NCBI GenBank assembly: GCA_022361115.1
Contig: JAKSBL010000019.1
Coordinates: 1 to 47,034 of the forward strand
Length of the DNA: 47,034 nucleotides
Origin: Spirochaetota bacterium
Lineage (GTDB): Bacteria > Spirochaetota > GWE2-31-10
Direction of reading: 5' to 3'
The notes under the pieces are model-generated. The model had not been told where the DNA came from and ran no database searches. It saw only the letters and a program-made list of their open reading frames with translations. Shown piece by piece: positions 44,713-47,034 of the stretch. Each line of letters starts with the position of its first letter. Position 1 is the first letter of the stretch. Both the position numbers and the translations under genes were made by a program.

Positions 44713-45960
44713 ATGAAACGAATATCTGCAGTTTTTTTTGTCTTCTGGTTTTATAATCTCGTTTTTACTCATGAATTATCTTTTTTATACATGGCACAAG
44801 CTGGATATCAACCTGCTGCAATCTTAAATCGAGTAGAGTCCTATTCTTCAAAATATGGAAATAAAGTCAAGGTTCATTTTGTTGAATATAAAGATCTATA
44901 TAATAAAATCATCACCTCAGCTCAGTCAAAGAAAGCCTTGTATGATGTAATCTTAGTTGATCTGATCTGGACAGGAGATTTTGTTAAAAATCATATTATT
45001 ATTCCTTTGAACTCCCAGCAAACAGATATTGTAAAAAAAGGAATAATACCTGAAATCTGGCGGCCTTTTGAACAACAAAAGAAGATTTGGGCCGTTCCTT
45101 TTTTAGCAAATTTTCAGCTTTTTTATACAAATATGTCTTTATTAAATCAGGCTGGATTTCGTCATCCTCCAGCAACCTTAACACAGTGGGTGGAGATGGC
45201 TAGAAGAGCCAAAGAATTAGATATTGTAAAATATCCGATATTTGATTCCTGGAATAAGCAGGAGGTTTTAGTTTGTGAATATGTCTGGTTATTAGGTGCT
45301 TTTGGTGGTTCACTAATGGATCAACAGGGAAACATCAACTTATTAACTAAGGAAAATTATCAAACTCTGCAATTTATGGTAGATTTATTGGAAGAGGGAT
45401 TAATGAATCCCTATGCCTTGCAATCTGATGAACTCTTTGCTGCTGATGTTTTTGCTTTACAGGATTGTGTGTTTACTACAAATTGGACTTTTTTGACCGG
45501 AGTTTTACAAGAGAGTTCCTTTGAACAAAGGTTCTACTGGCAACTCAGTTTAATCCCAGCTTCAAAAGAAATAGTTGAGGCGGCCTCCAAAATTGCTCAA
45601 AAGACTTCTACTATCAGCGGGTTTCAAGGATTGGCTGTTACTGAAAATTCAGATAAAAAAGAATTAGCCTGGCACTTTATTGAGTATTTAACTTCGCCAG
45701 ATTTTCAAAGAAAGTATTTAAATGAAATGTCTGTTTGGAAAGAGGTCTGGGAAGAAGAAGGAACCATTACCATTGATCCCCATATAAAAGTAAAGAAGAA
45801 TCAAATTTTAGGAGTTCAGCATCGGCCGATTCATCCTCGTTATATGGAGATTAGTACTATTTTACAAAAATGGGTTACTTCAGCCCTGCTTCAGGAGTTG
45901 TCAGTAAAAAAAGCTCTACAAAATGCCCAGGCTCAGATTAATCAATTATTAAAAAAGTAG
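44713..45960 (+). CDS. Family-1 extracellular solute-binding protein (sugar-type)
   Basis: 415 aa with a signal-like N-terminus. 'YDVILVDLIWTGDFVKN', 'AVPFLANFQLFYTN' and 'GFQGLAVTENSDKKELAWHFIEYLTSPDFQ' are typical of SBP_bac_1. Confidence 0.7.
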   Translation: MKRISAVFFVFWFYNLVFTHELSFLYMAQAGYQPAAILNRVESYSSKYGNKVKVHFVEYKDLYNKIITSAQSKKALYDVILVDLIWTGDFVKNHIIIPLNSQQTDIVKKGIIPEIWRPFEQQKKIWAVPFLANFQLFYTNMSLLNQAGFRHPPATLTQWVEMARRAKELDIVKYPIFDSWNKQEVLVCEYVWLLGAFGGSLMDQQGNINLLTKENYQTLQFMVDLLEEGLMNPYALQSDELFAADVFALQDCVFTTNWTFLTGVLQESSFEQRFYWQLSLIPASKEIVEAASKIAQKTSTISGFQGLAVTENSDKKELAWHFIEYLTSPDFQRKYLNEMSVWKEVWEEEGTITIDPHIKVKKNQILGVQHRPIHPRYMEISTILQKWVTSALLQELSVKKALQNAQAQINQLLKK

Positions 45961-45966
45961 TGATCT

Positions 45967-47034
45967 ATGAAAAAAATAATCAAGCGAAATCAATTAAAAA
46001 TATCTGCTAAATTGATCCTTTTTTTCATTGTTTTTATTTTGTTACAGGGAATTCTTTCTTTAGGTTTGGTCACCATATTATTTTCCCGTTCTAACAGAGA
46101 TAGTTTTCAAGCTCAAATGGACCGTAGTTTAGTTGGGATTGAGCAGTATTTAGAACAAACCATCACAGACTTGAACATTAAGGCAGAGTTGTTTTCTGGC
46201 CAGGAAAAAGTAATAGATTATACAGAATATGGTTTAACTAATCTTTTAAAAAGGGAATTGCAGATTTTAAAAGGATCATTAGCTATTCATGGGATTGGAA
46301 TTTTTTTAGAATCAGGGAAAATTCTCACTCATACAGGTAATCTTCCTCAAATATCAACTCGTGTTGATTCTTATTTAAAGAAAGATTCTGATACCAAAAG
46401 TTATTTTTTTGTTGCTGATACAGAAGATGAAATATTTCTCGTTGTTCTTTCTTCTATATTTCGGGGTGATAATCAAATGATTGGAGTAATTAGTTTATAT
46501 CAAAAAATTGATGAACAATTCTTAAAAAGAGTAGAAAAAATTACCAATTCACAGGTGGTCATATCTTATCATCAAAAAATTATCTATAATACTAATGATC
46601 CAGTCGATTATTCTGCTATTTTTAAGGATAATAATTTTTTTCTGGAAAAAAGTAGAAAGACTCAACAAATAGGACAATCCATTGTAAGTTATATCCCAAC
46701 TTCTGTTTTAGGAGAACCAGAAGGCAAGATTATTTGTTTTATTGATACAGGCGAAGCAATACAGCTTATTAAACGGTACAATCAAATATCTGTTTTAGTG
46801 ACCTTGATCATTTTAAGCCTGGCACTGTTTATTGGCTTGCTTTTTTATCGGGCAACCTTTCATCGTCCTTTTCAGAATTTGTTAACTGGGATTAAAAATA
46901 TTTCCAGTGGTATGTTAAAACAAAAAATTCCAGAAAGCGGTAATGATGAATTTAGTGATCTAGCCAGAGCTTTTAATCAAATGCGACTTAATTTGATCAA
47001 TCGGGAAGAGGAAATTTCTCAACTCTCAAACTAC
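45967..47034 (+). CDS. Membrane sensor (TM, about 250-aa extracytoplasmic domain, TM, HAMP), 3'-truncated by the window end
   Basis: Not in the ORF track. My own translation from the ATG at 45967 is open for 356 codons to the window edge. TM1 'LILFFIVFILLQGILSLGLVTILF', TM2 'ISVLVTLIILSLALFIGLLFY', and HAMP-like 'PFQNLLTGIKNISSGMLKQKIPESGNDEFSDLARAFNQM'. The output domain is beyond the window. Confidence 0.7.
   Translation, partial: MKKIIKRNQLKISAKLILFFIVFILLQGILSLGLVTILFSRSNRDSFQAQMDRSLVGIEQYLEQTITDLNIKAELFSGQEKVIDYTEYGLTNLLKRELQILKGSLAIHGIGIFLESGKILTHTGNLPQISTRVDSYLKKDSDTKSYFFVADTEDEIFLVVLSSIFRGDNQMIGVISLYQKIDEQFLKRVEKITNSQVVISYHQKIIYNTNDPVDYSAIFKDNNFFLEKSRKTQQIGQSIVSYIPTSVLGEPEGKIICFIDTGEAIQLIKRYNQISVLVTLIILSLALFIGLLFYRATFHRPFQNLLTGIKNISSGMLKQKIPESGNDEFSDLARAFNQMRLNLINREEEISQLSNY

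Noticed and set aside
504-45184. Short ORFs from the track that lie inside or antisense to much longer, well-supported genes: 504-689, 1941-2318, 3155-3394, 4815-5018, 7463-7675, 9089-9325, 12126-12362, 12794-13036, 13408-13590, 17204-17386, 19307-19555, 20206-20415, 20739-20924, 25088-25303, 28186-28419, 29533-29739, 29565-29777, 31649-31888, 33244-33444, 33467-33721, 38131-38328, 40077-40259, 44999-45184.
   Set aside because: Each is fully overlapped by a gene with clear family motifs. Their translations are low-complexity or Cys/Phe/Leu-rich, typical of off-frame reading of AT-rich coding DNA. None has a convincing RBS.
1-47034. tRNA, rRNA, CRISPR arrays, prophage or integrative-element boundaries, toxin-antitoxin pairs, known defence systems.
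   Set aside because: Reading both strands I found no T-loop-like GTTCRAnnC contexts, no regularly spaced direct repeats, no integrase, transposase or recombinase motifs, and no recognisable defence gene families.

Overview
AT-rich bacterial chromosomal window (about one-third G+C by eye, not computed). It holds roughly 48 protein genes, mostly on the + strand and often with overlapping start/stop codons. I recognised no rRNA, tRNA, CRISPR array, transposase, integrase or phage gene; lineage cannot be assigned from this window. Gene content in order: yjcH(DUF485)-actP acetate permease pair; a Cys-rich small protein; a divergent GH3-like secreted protein; an NTF2-like gene plus a MocR/PdxR-like regulator upstream of pdxS-pdxT; GNAT; MFS transporter; recQ; a three-gene switch-complex-like operon; AraC regulator; aroA plus a fatty-acid hydroxylase (- strand); ackA; an OMP-like protein; a periplasmic-binding-domain receptor ending in a 4-Cys module; DUF1801; a methyltransferase remnant; a sigma-54 unit (binding protein, ACT-PAS enhancer-binding protein, ald, Na+/alanine symporter) followed by a second acetate kinase; mtnP, fabH, an alpha/beta hydrolase and a START-like protein (- strand); a PD-(D/E)XK-like protein; a tightly packed pdxJ-acpS-DUF2225-truA-rsmG-SBP-ATL-hyp-HAD run; REC-GGDEF; a WYL regulator plus THEP1-like NTPase; and a solute-binding protein plus a HAMP sensor that runs off the window end. 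The strongest candidate for something undescribed is the operon at 12891-15188. It encodes two small SpoA/FliN-type proteins and a single 597-aa polypeptide that reads as full-length FliM fused to the middle and C-terminal domains of FliG. By eye that fusion lacks the CheY-docking peptide, the FliF-binding FliG N-domain and the torque-helix charges, and no other flagellar, stator or export gene is nearby. Secondary leads: the SBP-TM-coiled-coil-4Cys receptor; three adjacent promoters sharing GGCAT-N5-TTGCTAATT with repeated palindromic upstream sites; intact genes for both PLP biosynthesis routes (pdxST and pdxJ); and several structured or inverted-repeat intergenic elements. All function calls come from reading motifs in the supplied translations, with no database search run.
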